A stretch of DNA of 64,000 nt from an uncultured Dehalococcoidia bacterium (lineage in GTDB: Bacteria; Chloroflexota; Dehalococcoidia; Bin125): contig CAYFZI010000008.1 in NCBI GenBank assembly GCA_964347635.1, positions 122-64,121 of the forward strand, written 5' to 3'. Every line of letters begins with the position of its first letter. The stretch's first letter is position 1. Under the pieces are notes generated by a model, which worked only from the letters and a program-made list of their open reading frames with translations, ran no database searches and was not told the DNA's origin. Position numbers and translations under genes: made by a program. Of the stretch, positions 1-10,588 are shown piece after piece.

Positions 1-167
1 GCATGTGCGGTTGATTACGCGCCGATGGAAGTTTGGCAGGTTGGGGTTGAGCTTGGATTGTGAGCAGCGGGGCGCATCGATATTGTCGCTTGCAGCGTGA
101 GCGCCGCGCGGGGCCCAGCGCCGCTTGGGCCAGCCCCATCGTAGGCGGCGCCGCCCGCTGGTGCGCG

Positions 168-1319
168 ATGGAGGCAAACTGGATGACGAATCTGCGTATC
201 CCCGGACCAACGCCCTGCCCGCCCGAGGTGCTGGCCGCGGCGGCCGGCGAGATGATCAACCACCGCGGGCCGCAGTTCGCCGAGCTGCTCGAACGCCTAA
301 CCAGCGGGATCCAACCCTTTTTCGGCACCGAACAGGAAATTCTGCTGCTCTCGGCCAGCGGCACCGGCGCGATGGAAGCGGCAATCGCCAACACCCTGTC
401 GCCCGCCGACGCGGTGCTCGCGGTCAGCGTCGGCTCGTTCGGCGATCGCTTCGCCGCGATCGCCGAGAACTACGGAGCCGATGTAACGCGCCTGAACGTC
501 GAGTGGGGCGCCGCGGCGGCGCCTGAGCTGGTCGCGGAAGCGATCAGTGAGCGCGAGTATCAAGCGCTGCTGCTCACCCACAACGAGACATCGACGGGGG
601 TGACCAACCCGATCGCAGAGATCGCCGCAGCCGTCCGCGGGGCCGCCGACCCGCTGATTCTGGTCGATGCAGTGTCGTCGCTGGGATCGATGCCGATGGA
701 GATGGACGCTTGGGGGCTGGACGCGGTCGCAACGGCGTCGCAGAAGGGCTGGCTGTCGCCGCCGGGGATCGCGATGGCGGCCTTGAGCGAGCGCGGCTGG
801 GCGGCCGCCGAGCGATCGACGATGCCCAGCTTCTACTTCGATCTGACTGCACACCACGAATACGCAGCGCGCGGCCAGCCGCCCTGGACGCCGGCACTGC
901 CCGTGCTCTACGCGATGGATGCGGCGCTCCCGCTCATGGCCGCTGAGGGGCCCGAAGCGATCTACGCCAAGCACCGCCGCTTCGCGGCATGGACCCGTGA
1001 GGCGGTGCAGGCGCTGGGCCTCAGGCTGCTCGCCGAGGAGGGTTACGCCTCAGACACTGTGACGGCGGTCTGGGTGCCGGACGGGATCGCCGTCGGCGAC
1101 CTGTCGCGGCTGCTGCGCGAGCAGCACGACGTGGTAATCGCAGCCGGGCAGGGCAAGCTGGCCACTCAGATCTTCCGCATCGGCCATCTGGGCTGGCTGG
1201 AAGAATCGGAAATGGCGGCCTGTTTCGCGGCGCTGCAGTCGGCATTGGTCGAGCTCGGCTTCGAGCCGGCATCGGGGGTGCGCATCCCCGAGCTGCGCGG
1301 CGCGTCGACGGTCGGCTGA
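168..1319 (+). CDS. Class V aminotransferase (serine-glyoxylate / phosphoserine aminotransferase-like)
   Basis: Track ORF 60..1319. The likely start is the internal Met of MEANWMTNLRIPGPTP (position 168). The family N-terminus (PGP...HRGPQFAELL) and overall length fit the AGXT/SerC-like PLP fold. It sits immediately upstream of serA. Confidence 0.8.
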   Translation: MEANWMTNLRIPGPTPCPPEVLAAAAGEMINHRGPQFAELLERLTSGIQPFFGTEQEILLLSASGTGAMEAAIANTLSPADAVLAVSVGSFGDRFAAIAENYGADVTRLNVEWGAAAAPELVAEAISEREYQALLLTHNETSTGVTNPIAEIAAAVRGAADPLILVDAVSSLGSMPMEMDAWGLDAVATASQKGWLSPPGIAMAALSERGWAAAERSTMPSFYFDLTAHHEYAARGQPPWTPALPVLYAMDAALPLMAAEGPEAIYAKHRRFAAWTREAVQALGLRLLAEEGYASDTVTAVWVPDGIAVGDLSRLLREQHDVVIAAGQGKLATQIFRIGHLGWLEESEMAACFAALQSALVELGFEPASGVRIPELRGASTVG

Positions 1320-1325
1320 GCGCGG

Positions 1326-2945
1326 GTGGCCAGCCGCATCAGTCGCACCAACCGCATCCTGATCACCGAGCCGCTGGCGCCGGAGGGCCTCGAGACGCTG
1401 CGCGCGGGTGCGCTGGTGGACGTCCGCCGCGGCCTGACGGCCGCCGAGCTGGCCGCAGCGGTTCCCGATTACGAGGGGCTGATCGTGCGCAGCGGCACGC
1501 GCGTGGATGCGCAGGTGATCGAAGCGGCGCGGCGCTTGCGCGTGATTGGGCGGGCCGGCGCCGGCGTCGACAACATCGACATCGATGCGGCCACGGAGCG
1601 CGGCATCTTGGTCCTTAACGTCCCCGGCGGCAACACCGTCTCGGCCGCGGAGCTGGCTCTCGCGCTGCTGCTGGCGCTCAGCCGCCATCTGGCCGCGGCG
1701 AACGCGAGCCTGCAGGCCGGCGCATGGGATCGAGACCGCTTCGTCGGCTCGGAGCTGCGCGCCAAAACGGCGGGGATCGTGGGGCTCGGGCAGGTTGGCG
1801 CGGCGGTCGCGCGGCGCTTGCAGGCGCTCGAGATGCGCGTGCTGGCGCACGATCCCTTCGTGCCCGCCGAGCGCGCCGCGGCCTTGGACGTCGAGCTGCT
1901 GGAGTTCGATCAGCTGCTGGCCGCCTGCGATGTGCTAACCCTGCACAGCACCCCCACACCCGGCGCCGCCCCCCTGATCGGCGCGCGCGAGCTCGCGCTG
2001 ATGCGGCCCGACGCACTCTTGATCAACACCGCGCGGGGCAGCCTGATCGACGAGGCGGCGCTCTGGGCGGCGCTCGAGGCGGATGCGATCGGCGGCGCGG
2101 CGGTGGACGTCTTCGCCGCTGAGCCCGCGGTCGACAATCCATTGGTCGGCCACCCCAAAGTGCTCGCCACGCCGCACCTGGGGGCGTCGACGCAGGAGGC
2201 GCAAGAGCGCGTCTCGGTCGAGCTGGCGGTGGAAATGCTGCGCGTGCTGGGCGGCAAGCCGGCGCTGAACGCGGTCAACGCCCCCTTCATCGATCCCGAA
2301 ACCCTGGAAGTGGTGGGGCCCTACCTCGAGGTCGCCTCGATGTGCGGGCGGCTCTGCACCCAGCTGGCGCGCGGCCAGTGGCGCGACGTGCGCGTGCGCT
2401 ACAGCGGCGAGATCGCCAACCACGATGTCACGCCGCTCAAGGCCGCCGCCGTCGCCGGGCTGCTCGCCCCAATCTCCGACGAACATGTCAACTTGGTCTC
2501 CGTCAACAACGTGATCGCCCACCGCGGTTGGCGCGTCTCCGAAGAGAAACAGGCCGACGCCGAGCCCTACCAGGCGACGGTCAGCATCGAGCTGACGACC
2601 TCGCTGGGCAGCGTGAGCCTGAGCGGCACGCTCGAGCACGGCCGCGCGGCGGTGGTCGAGATGAACGGCTTCCCGGTCCACATCGCCGGCCCCCGCGGCG
2701 GATCCGGCCGCCTGCATCTGCTCGTGCTGCGCAACGAGGACCGCCCTGGCCGCATCGGCGCTGTGGGCAGCCGGCTGGGCCTGCTCGATGTCAACATCCG
2801 CGCGATGGACGTGGGCTACAACGCCGCGGATCCATCAGCCGATTCACTGATGGCGCTGACAATCGATCGCGCGCTCACTGCTGCCGAGCTGCGCACGATC
2901 GGCGAGATCGACGGAATCGACGACGTGGTGCAAGCCGCGATGTAG
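1326..2945 (+). CDS. serA: D-3-phosphoglycerate dehydrogenase, with C-terminal ACT domain
   Basis: 539 aa. NAD-binding GxGxxG (GIVGLGQVG). The 2-hydroxyacid dehydrogenase catalytic region and the C-terminal regulatory domain are both recognisable. The gene is 7 nt downstream of the aminotransferase. Confidence 0.9.
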   Translation: MASRISRTNRILITEPLAPEGLETLRAGALVDVRRGLTAAELAAAVPDYEGLIVRSGTRVDAQVIEAARRLRVIGRAGAGVDNIDIDAATERGILVLNVPGGNTVSAAELALALLLALSRHLAAANASLQAGAWDRDRFVGSELRAKTAGIVGLGQVGAAVARRLQALEMRVLAHDPFVPAERAAALDVELLEFDQLLAACDVLTLHSTPTPGAAPLIGARELALMRPDALLINTARGSLIDEAALWAALEADAIGGAAVDVFAAEPAVDNPLVGHPKVLATPHLGASTQEAQERVSVELAVEMLRVLGGKPALNAVNAPFIDPETLEVVGPYLEVASMCGRLCTQLARGQWRDVRVRYSGEIANHDVTPLKAAAVAGLLAPISDEHVNLVSVNNVIAHRGWRVSEEKQADAEPYQATVSIELTTSLGSVSLSGTLEHGRAAVVEMNGFPVHIAGPRGGSGRLHLLVLRNEDRPGRIGAVGSRLGLLDVNIRAMDVGYNAADPSADSLMALTIDRALTAAELRTIGEIDGIDDVVQAAM

Positions 2946-3006
2946 CCGCCGCGGCTCCCGCTGGGGCAGGCTCGGCCGAATCTGCACAGGCCAATGTGCA
3001 CGGATC

Positions 3007-4228
3007 CTAGTCGAGCGGGTGGAGAACCAAGCCGGTCGGCAGTTTGGGCACGAAATAGGTGCTCTTTTGCGGCATGAAGCTGCCTGCGTCGGCGGTCTCG
3101 ATCACGTCCTGGAGGGTCGCCGCGGGGAGGATGAAGGCGGCCTGCGCGCGGCCTGCACGGACCGCCTCATCGGCTTCGGAGAGGTAGTGCGTGTAGCTCA
3201 CAGCGCCGCCGGCGGCGAGCTCGGCATCGCCGATGCCGAGCAGCGGTTCGAGGATCGCGTACTGCAGGATCGCCGGCGGCAGCGTTCGCCAGGCTGCGGG
3301 GACGGACGCAGGCATCGCCGCCTGCGCGGCCGCGGCCGGCTCGAGCAGCGATGCGCCCTGCGCCGTGATCAGCCCGAGTTGGAGGCTGCCCGGCTCGAGC
3401 GCCCCGAGCGCGGCGGCGCTGGCATCGGCCGCGCTGAAGCTGCGGGCGAGGCCGTCTGTGAAATCGGACGGTAGATCGGCGTGGATCAGCCGATGCGTCG
3501 CGCCGACGGCCAGGCCGTCGTCGCTGTCGCGGACGATGCCCATCAGCACCCAATGCGAGGCGGGCCGCTGATCGCGCGAGGCGAGCGCGGATTCGTAGCG
3601 GTGATGGCCGTCGGCCATGTAGATACGGCGCTGCGCGAAGGCCGCGCTGAACTGCTGCGCCAGCGCTGGGTCGGAGATCCTGCGCAGCGTGTGGCTGTCG
3701 CCGGCGGCGTCCACCCCCTCGCTCAGCGGCGCGAGCCTGAGCGCGTCATCGATCAAGGCGCCGATCCGATCGTCCGGGTCGGGGGCGAAGGCCATCAGCG
3801 GCGAGATATCGGCGCCTGCAACTGAGCGCAGGGTCGTTCGCGCGGCTTTGGGGCCGGGCATCGTGCGTTCGTGCGCCATTACGCCGCCGGCGCCCCACTC
3901 GGAGAGCTCGACGGCGCCAAAGACAGTGCGGCGCGTGCGCGGCCCGTCCGCGGTCTGGATTCGCTGCTCGTGCAGGTAGAAGGACGCCGTCTCGTCCTGG
4001 ATCAGCACGCCCGACTCGCGCCATTCGCTGAGCCGCCGCGCGGCGGCGGCGATTTCTTCGGCTGTGGAGGCGGTCTCGATGTGCGTGATCTGGTGCGGGT
4101 TGGCCGCCTTTAGCGCGGCCGCCTGCTCGGCGTCGACGATGTCGTAGGGAGGCCCGAGCAGCGCCGCCCAATCGGCGGCGCGGGCAGGGTCGTAGCGGAG
4201 CGCGGCAAATGGTTGCACGTTGGCCATA
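3007..4228 (-). CDS. DUF1015 family protein
   Basis: The long track ORF 3007..4833 contains an internal start MANVQPFAALRYDP, which is the canonical DUF1015 N-terminus. The ATG is at about 4226-4228. About 407 aa. DUF1015 is frequently linked to serine biosynthesis genes. Confidence 0.8.
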
Positions 4229-4374
4229 TGCGTCTTCCGCGGGGAGCATATCAATCGGCTTGCAGTCGGCTGGCAGACGGTTTGCAGTCTATGTGCGATC
4301 GTCTCTGTGCGATCAGTGTGCGGCCAGTGTGCGATCGGTTTGATTGGGGCGGGCGGCGGTGCGACGCTGCGGGC

Positions 4375-5256
4375 ATGGCAGCACAATCGGAGGGCGGCGC
4401 TGACGCGCGGAGCGTGCGCGGCTGCGTCTTCTGCGGGATCGCCGACGGGCGCGAGCCGGCGCTGTTTTTTCAGCGCGAGGGCGGAATGTTCACCGATTCG
4501 CGCCGCGGCGAGCCGGCCCTGCCCTGGAGCAGCGCCGCCCCCGATGTGCTGGTCTTCGAGAACCAGTTCCTCTTCTTCGATCTGACCTCGCTGGTCATCC
4601 CGCGCGAACACCGACCGACAGAGGGGCGCCGCTTCTACTCGCAGCAGGTCGACCTGTGGCGCGACCTGGGCGCGGTGGGGCGGACCGCGCGCGATCACGC
4701 GCTGCGGGCGCTGGAACTGATGGCGGAACAGCGCCCCGACCGCGCGCCGCAGGGCTTTCGCGTGTTCTGCAACTTCGGCGCCTACGGCGAGCAGAGCCAA
4801 CCGCACGCACATCTCCAGGTGCACGCCGCGCAAGAGCTGGACGTGAGCCGTTTCGCGCCGACCGGTGAGCCGTGGCCGGCGGCGGTGCAGCGCGCCGGCG
4901 GGCGGCTGGTCGCCGAGACCGAGTCGACGCTCTTCTACGACGCGCTGCCGGTGCTGAGAGCGGGCCGCGGAGCGATGTGGAAGGTGACGGTCAGCGTCGG
5001 CTTCTCGGCGCCGCAGCGCAGCCTGCCGCCGCTGGCGCTGCTGGCCGTGCCGCGTTCACAGGTCAGCCAGCGGCAGTTGTGGGAAGATGTCGGACAGCTC
5101 GGCGCGGACGTCGTCGAGCTGGGCGAGCGCGAAAGCCCCGGCGGCTTTCGGCTCTTGGCCAACTTCCCCGGCCAGGAGCGCGGGGCGGAGTGGGGCGCGG
5201 CCCACGTGCTGCTGGTCGGCGGCGGCTATCTGGGCTTGTACGCGGACTACTACTAG
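4375..5256 (+). CDS. HIT (histidine triad) family protein with C-terminal extension
   Basis: VFCGIADGREP and the HAHLQVH histidine triad are present. The start was chosen at MAAQSEGG; it is uncertain. About 150 aa of C-terminal extension has no recognisable family. Confidence 0.6.
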   Translation: MAAQSEGGADARSVRGCVFCGIADGREPALFFQREGGMFTDSRRGEPALPWSSAAPDVLVFENQFLFFDLTSLVIPREHRPTEGRRFYSQQVDLWRDLGAVGRTARDHALRALELMAEQRPDRAPQGFRVFCNFGAYGEQSQPHAHLQVHAAQELDVSRFAPTGEPWPAAVQRAGGRLVAETESTLFYDALPVLRAGRGAMWKVTVSVGFSAPQRSLPPLALLAVPRSQVSQRQLWEDVGQLGADVVELGERESPGGFRLLANFPGQERGAEWGAAHVLLVGGGYLGLYADYY

Positions 5257-5271
5257 TACAGGCCGCCTGTA

Positions 5272-5988
5272 CTAGCCGGCGGCGATCGCTTCCTGCTGCA
5301 GCGCGAAAATCTGCTCGAGCGCTGAGCGGCCGGCGCTGAGCATCTGCTCGAGCTGGGCGGACGTGAAGGGCTTGCGCTCGGCCGTGCCCTGAATTTCGAC
5401 GAACGCACCGCCGCTGGCGACCAGATTGAGGTCGACATCGGCTGCCGCATCCTCCTCATAGCACAGGTCCACGAGCGCCTCGCCGTCGAGCAGGCCGACG
5501 CTGACTGCGGCGAGCGCCGCGAGCTGCGGGGCGCGCTCATACGCGCCTTCGCGGCCTAGCTTGCCGAGCGCGCGCTGCAGCGCCACCCAGGCGCCGTTGA
5601 TCGCCGCCGTGCGCGTGCCGCCGTCGGCTTGCAGCACATCGCAGTCGATCGTGAAGAGGCGCTCGCCGAGCGCTTCGAGGTCGGCCGCGGCCCGCAGCGA
5701 GCGGCCGATCAGACGTTGAATTTCGTGCGTGCGGCCGGAGGCGAGCACGCGCTGGCGGTCGCTGCGCGTGTTTGTCGCGGCCGGCAGCATGTTGTATTCG
5801 GCGGTGATCCAGCCCGAGCCGCTGCCGCGCAGAAAGGGCGGCACGCGCTCCCCGATCGTCACCGCGCAGAGCACGCGGGTCTGGCCCAGCGACGCGATCG
5901 CCGAGCCGGCCGCGTGGCGCCGTACATCCAGCTCGAACGAAAGCGGCCGCAGCTGATCGGCCCGCCGGCCGTCGTTGCGGGTACCCAT
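5272..5988 (-). CDS. rph: Ribonuclease PH
   Basis: MGTRNDGRRADQLRP... matches the RNase PH N-terminus. The remainder of the protein is conserved. Start set at the internal Met. Confidence 0.85.
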   Translation of the reverse strand: MGTRNDGRRADQLRPLSFELDVRRHAAGSAIASLGQTRVLCAVTIGERVPPFLRGSGSGWITAEYNMLPAATNTRSDRQRVLASGRTHEIQRLIGRSLRAAADLEALGERLFTIDCDVLQADGGTRTAAINGAWVALQRALGKLGREGAYERAPQLAALAAVSVGLLDGEALVDLCYEEDAAADVDLNLVASGGAFVEIQGTAERKPFTSAQLEQMLSAGRSALEQIFALQQEAIAAG

Positions 5989-6122
5989 GGGGCCTGCCGT
6001 GCGGCCGTCGCTGCGGGCATTCATGCGCGTCATGCTCGGAGTCTAGTGCGCTCCTCTCGGTATGCTGCGCGGCGTGCAGGGGTGCAATCGGGCAAGCGGG
6101 CAGCAAGTAGAAGGGGATTGAA

Positions 6123-7553
6123 ATGGCAATCGAGGGCTACAGCGGCTTCGACGCGGTGGGACTGGCTGAATTGGTCGCTGCGGGGCAGGTGACGGCGGCG
6201 GAGCTGCTGGAGGAGGCGATCGAGCGCACCGAGCGGGTCAACGGCCAGATCAACGCGGTGGTCTACCCCTACTACGACGAGGCGCGCGGGCGGGCGCTCG
6301 CGGGGCTGCCGGCGGGCCCGCTGCAGGGCGTGCCGTTCCTGCTCAAGGACCTCTACCTGCTCTACGCCGGGCAGCCGATGAGCAACGGCTCGCGGATTTT
6401 CGAGGGCTACGTGCCGGACCACGACCACGCGATGACCGAGCGCTACAAGGCCGCCGGGCTGAGCATCTTCGGCCGCTCGACCTCCCCAGAGCTGGGCACC
6501 ACGGCGACGACCGAATCGCTGCTGCACGGCAAGACGCGCAACCCCTGGAGCCTGGAGCACACCGCGGGCGGCTCCTCGGGCGGCGCCGCCGCCGCTGTCG
6601 CTGCGGGCATCCTGCCGGCCGCCAACGCCTCGGACGGCGGCGGCTCGATTCGGATCCCCGCCTCCTGCTGCGGCCTGTTCGGGCTCAAGCCGACCCGCGC
6701 CCGCACGCCCGCCGGCCCCGATGTCGGCGAGGGCTGGGCCGGGATGTCGACAATCCACGCTGTTTCGCGCAGCGTGCGCGATTCCGCCGCGCTGCTCGAT
6801 GCGACGGCCGGGCCCGACCTCGGCGCGCCCTACTTCGCACCCCCGCCCGAGCGGCCCTGGAGCGAAGAGGTCGGCGCGCCGCTCGGGCGGCTGCGCGTCG
6901 GCTTCCTCACCACCGCCTTCAACGGCGTCGACACGCATCCCGACTGCGCGGCGGCCGTCGGGCACGCGGCATCGCTCTGCGAGTCGCTCGGGCTGGCCGT
7001 CGAGCCGGCCGAGCTCGAGATCCCCGCCGAGCACCGCAGCGCGCTGTTCGACGTGATCCGCCCCGCGACGCGCGTGGCCGTCGAAGAACGCGCCGCACAG
7101 CTGGGCCGCGAGGCGAACCCCGAGGACGTCGAGCCGCTGACCTGGCGGATGATCCAAAGCGACGACACGAGCGGCGCCGACTACATCCGCGCGACCCGCG
7201 CCGTACACGCGATCGGCCGCATCGTCGCGGCGTTCTTCGAGGACTACGACCTGCTGCTGACGCCGACGATGGCCGCGCCGCCAATGGAGCTCGGCCGCCT
7301 CGCGCTGGATCGCGGCGACGCGCGCGCACAAGGCGAGGATGTGGCGTACACGGTCGGCTATACCTCCACCTTCAACTCCTCCGGCAACCCAGCCGCCTCG
7401 ATCCCGCTCTGGTGGAATGAGGCCGGGCTGCCGATCGGCGTACAGTTCGCCGCTCCCTACGGAGACGAAGCAACGCTGATCCGCTTGGGATCGGCGCTGG
7501 AGCAGGTCCAGCCGTGGTTCGACCGCCGCGCTCCCGTACACTCCGATCGCTAA
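6123..7553 (+). CDS. Amidase (amidase-signature family)
   Basis: GGSSGGAAAAVAAG...GGSIRIPAS signature. 476 aa. Confidence 0.85.
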   Translation: MAIEGYSGFDAVGLAELVAAGQVTAAELLEEAIERTERVNGQINAVVYPYYDEARGRALAGLPAGPLQGVPFLLKDLYLLYAGQPMSNGSRIFEGYVPDHDHAMTERYKAAGLSIFGRSTSPELGTTATTESLLHGKTRNPWSLEHTAGGSSGGAAAAVAAGILPAANASDGGGSIRIPASCCGLFGLKPTRARTPAGPDVGEGWAGMSTIHAVSRSVRDSAALLDATAGPDLGAPYFAPPPERPWSEEVGAPLGRLRVGFLTTAFNGVDTHPDCAAAVGHAASLCESLGLAVEPAELEIPAEHRSALFDVIRPATRVAVEERAAQLGREANPEDVEPLTWRMIQSDDTSGADYIRATRAVHAIGRIVAAFFEDYDLLLTPTMAAPPMELGRLALDRGDARAQGEDVAYTVGYTSTFNSSGNPAASIPLWWNEAGLPIGVQFAAPYGDEATLIRLGSALEQVQPWFDRRAPVHSDR

Positions 7554-7633
7554 GCGGCAGCCGATGCAACCGCTGCTGCTGATGCTGTTGAACGATTTCG
7601 GCGCGCTGCGCGCCTCTGGAAGGAACTGATCTC

Positions 7634-9280
7634 ATGCGAGTCGCCGCTGCCGTCGCCGAGATGCTCAAGCGGGAGGGCGTGGAGTTCGTCGTTGGCTACC
7701 CAGTCAATCCGATCTTCGAGGCCGCCGCGGAGGCCGATATCCGCACGATCATTGTGCGCCAGGAACGTACGGCGATCCATATGGCCGACGCCTTCGCGCG
7801 GATGAACTCCGGCGACCAGGTCGGCGTCTATCTGACTCAAGCCGGCCCCGGGGCCGAGAACTCGTTCGGCGGCCTCGCACAGGCCTGGAGCGAATCAGCG
7901 CCGCTGGTCGCGATTCCCGGCGGCTACGCGCGGGCCCAGACCAATGTCGCGCCCAACTTCAGCGGGCTGGTCAACTTCCAGCATGTGAGCAAGTGGACCG
8001 AGCAGCTCACCGTCGCGAAGGACCTGCCCAACGCGATCCGGCGCGCGTTCACGCACGCCCGCAACGGGCGGCCGCGGCCGGTCGTGCTGGAGATCCCCGG
8101 CGACATGTGGGGCGAGGAGATTGAGGAGCCGATCGACTACCGCCCGACCTCGTCGGTGCGCTCGGGGCCCGACCCGGCCGACGCGCGCCGCGCCGCGCAG
8201 ACGCTCGTCAACGCCGAACGCCCAGTGATCTACGCCGGCCAGGGCGTGCACTACGCGAAAGCCTGGGACCAGCTCAAGGAGTTGGCCGAGCTGCTCGAAG
8301 CGCCGGTGACGACCAGCCTGCAGGGCAAAAGCGCGTTCCCCGAGACGCATCCGCTTTCGCTCGGCTCGGGCGGGCGGGCTTTCCCCCGCGCGGTGCACGA
8401 GTTTGTGCAGAACGCCGACGTGATCTTCGGAATCGGCTGCTCGTTCGCCGCCACCGGCTTCGGGCTGACGATGCCGAAGGGCCCGCACTACATCCACGCA
8501 ACGCTCGACCCGGAGGACTTCAACAACGCGGTCGAGATTTCCGAGGGCATCGTCGGCGACGCAGCGCTGGTGCTCGACGCGGTGATCGCCGAAGTGCGCG
8601 AGCTGGTCAGCGGCCCGCGCGGCCGCGCCGACGCGGTGGCCGCCGAGATCGCCCGCCTGAACGGTGAATGGCGCGCCGCCTGGGCGCACAAAACCGATTG
8701 CGAAGAATCGCCGCTCAACCCCTACCGCGTGCTGCGCGATCTACACGCCGCGATCGATGAGACGGTCGGGATCGACAACGTGGTGGCGACGCACGACGCC
8801 GGCAGCCCGCGCGACCAGATGTCGCCGTTCTGGAACTCGACCGCGCCGCTGAGCTACATCGGCTGGGGCAAGACGACCCAGCTCGGCTACGGCCTGGGCC
8901 TGGCGATGGGCGCCAAAATCGCCCACCCCGAAAAGCTCTGCCTCAACGTCTGGGGCGATGCCGCGATCGGGATGACGGGGATGGATTTCGAGACAGCGGT
9001 GCGCGAGAACATTCCGATTCTGTCCGTGCTGCTGAACAACTTCTCAATGGCGATCGAGCTGCCGATTATGCAGACCGCAACCGAGAAGTACCGCGCCACC
9101 GACATCTCCGGCCACTACGCCGATATGGCCAAAGCCTTCGGCGGCTACGGCGAGCGGATCACCGAGGCGTCGGAGATCAAAGACGCCGTCAAGCGCGGCA
9201 TCGCAGCAACCGAGGACGGGCAGCCGGCAATGCTGGAGTTCATCACCAGCAAGGAAATCGACTACTCGATCTTCCGCTAA
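7634..9280 (+). CDS. Thiamine pyrophosphate-dependent enzyme (acetolactate synthase / 2-hydroxyacyl-CoA lyase / oxalyl-CoA decarboxylase superfamily)
   Basis: 548 aa. N-terminal Pyr domain, central domain, and C-terminal TPP-binding GDAAIGMTGMDFETAV...NN motif. Confidence 0.85.
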   Translation: MRVAAAVAEMLKREGVEFVVGYPVNPIFEAAAEADIRTIIVRQERTAIHMADAFARMNSGDQVGVYLTQAGPGAENSFGGLAQAWSESAPLVAIPGGYARAQTNVAPNFSGLVNFQHVSKWTEQLTVAKDLPNAIRRAFTHARNGRPRPVVLEIPGDMWGEEIEEPIDYRPTSSVRSGPDPADARRAAQTLVNAERPVIYAGQGVHYAKAWDQLKELAELLEAPVTTSLQGKSAFPETHPLSLGSGGRAFPRAVHEFVQNADVIFGIGCSFAATGFGLTMPKGPHYIHATLDPEDFNNAVEISEGIVGDAALVLDAVIAEVRELVSGPRGRADAVAAEIARLNGEWRAAWAHKTDCEESPLNPYRVLRDLHAAIDETVGIDNVVATHDAGSPRDQMSPFWNSTAPLSYIGWGKTTQLGYGLGLAMGAKIAHPEKLCLNVWGDAAIGMTGMDFETAVRENIPILSVLLNNFSMAIELPIMQTATEKYRATDISGHYADMAKAFGGYGERITEASEIKDAVKRGIAATEDGQPAMLEFITSKEIDYSIFR

Positions 9281-9394
9281 CGGCCGATATCACAGCAGCG
9301 GCAGGCCGACGCCTGCCGTCGGCTCAGAGTGCGGCCCGCCTGTTCGTTGCTGCTGCAGTGGCGGTTGTGTGCCCGTTTGGCCGGCCGGCGGCTG

Positions 9395-10588
9395 CTACGC
9401 CACGATTCCGTCGGACGCCGCGGCCGCCGTCTGCTCGGCGTCCATCCCCAGCCAGTCGCGCAGGACCGCGGCGTTGGATTCGCCGAAGATTTCGGGGCGC
9501 TCGTACTCCGCCGCCGGCGTCTTCGAGAACCGCAGCGCCAGGCGGTCGCCCTTGAGCGGGCCCAGCAGCGGATGCGCGCCGCTGTAATCGAAGAAAAACT
9601 CGTTGCTGCGCAGCTGCGGGTCGCTGCGGGTGAGGTCTTCGCCCGTCTGCACCACGCCCGCGGGGACGCCCGCCGCCTGGCAGCGCTGCATCAGCTCGTA
9701 GGCCTCCTGCCGACTCGTCCAGCCGGCCAGCTGGCCGTCCAGCTCGGCGCGCGCCGACCAGCGGCCCGCGCTGCTCTCGAACTGCGCATTGCGCGCCCAG
9801 CTCGGCGCGCCGAGCAGCGCGCGCAGCGCCGCCCACTGCGCATCGGTCTCGACCGCGATCGCGATCCAGCGATCCTCGCCGCGGCATGGGTAAATGTTGT
9901 GCGGCGCGGCGATTCGCCAGGGCGGGTCGTTGCCGATCGGCTCGGCGGCGGCCGCGTTCGCGAACCAGTCGAGCAGCGCGGGGCCGGAGAAGTTGACGCC
10001 AACCTCGAACTGCGACATGTCGATGCGCTGGCCGCGGCCCGTCCGCCGCCGCGCCTCCAGCGCCGCGAGCAGCGCAACGGCGGCGTGCAGGCCGGCCATG
10101 TGATCGTTGTAGGAAAAGCCGATCCCAATGTCGCTGCGGCCAGGCACACTCGTGAGGTAGGTGAGCCCCGCGAGCGCGTGCACGGTGGGTGCGTAGGTCA
10201 CGTATGAGGCCCACGGCCCCGACTCGCCCATGCCCGACATCGCGATCGAGATCAGGCCGGGATTGGTCTGCGCAACCGAATCCCAATCGAGCCCCCAGCG
10301 CTTGAGCACGCCGACGGAGAAGTTGTCGATGATGATATCCGCCTTCGCCGCCAGATCCCGTGCGATCTGCTGCGCCTCGGGCCGCGCCAGGTTGAGCTGG
10401 AGCAGCCGCTTGTTGCGGTTCCAGAGCGCGTAATAGGGCGATTCAGGGCCGCCGCCGACTGTCGGCCGCGTGTCGGTGCCGACCTTCACGACATCCGCGC
10501 CGAGGTCGCCGAGGATGCGCGTGCAAAACGGACCGGCCAGCACATGGGTGAAATCGAGCACGCGGACGCCGTCGAGCGGGCGCGCCAT
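9395..10588 (-). CDS. CoA-transferase family III (CaiB/BaiF/Frc-like)
   Basis: Internal start MARPLDGVRVLDFTHVLAGPFCTRILGDLGADV is the typical family III N-terminus. The start codon overlaps the stop of the downstream CoA-transferase (TGATG). Confidence 0.85.
   Translation of the reverse strand: MARPLDGVRVLDFTHVLAGPFCTRILGDLGADVVKVGTDTRPTVGGGPESPYYALWNRNKRLLQLNLARPEAQQIARDLAAKADIIIDNFSVGVLKRWGLDWDSVAQTNPGLISIAMSGMGESGPWASYVTYAPTVHALAGLTYLTSVPGRSDIGIGFSYNDHMAGLHAAVALLAALEARRRTGRGQRIDMSQFEVGVNFSGPALLDWFANAAAAEPIGNDPPWRIAAPHNIYPCRGEDRWIAIAVETDAQWAALRALLGAPSWARNAQFESSAGRWSARAELDGQLAGWTSRQEAYELMQRCQAAGVPAGVVQTGEDLTRSDPQLRSNEFFFDYSGAHPLLGPLKGDRLALRFSKTPAAEYERPEIFGESNAAVLRDWLGMDAEQTAAAASDGIVA

Noticed and set aside
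297-2717. Long minus-strand ORFs (297..974, 1050..1850, 1935..2717) overlapping the aminotransferase and serA
   Set aside because: Antisense shadow ORFs, as expected in 70% GC DNA. They have no family matches. The sense-strand genes have strong homology.
9324-10286. ORFs 9324..10286 (-) and 9329..10207 (+)
   Set aside because: Embedded in or antisense to the CoA-transferase gene 9395..10588. They were not used.
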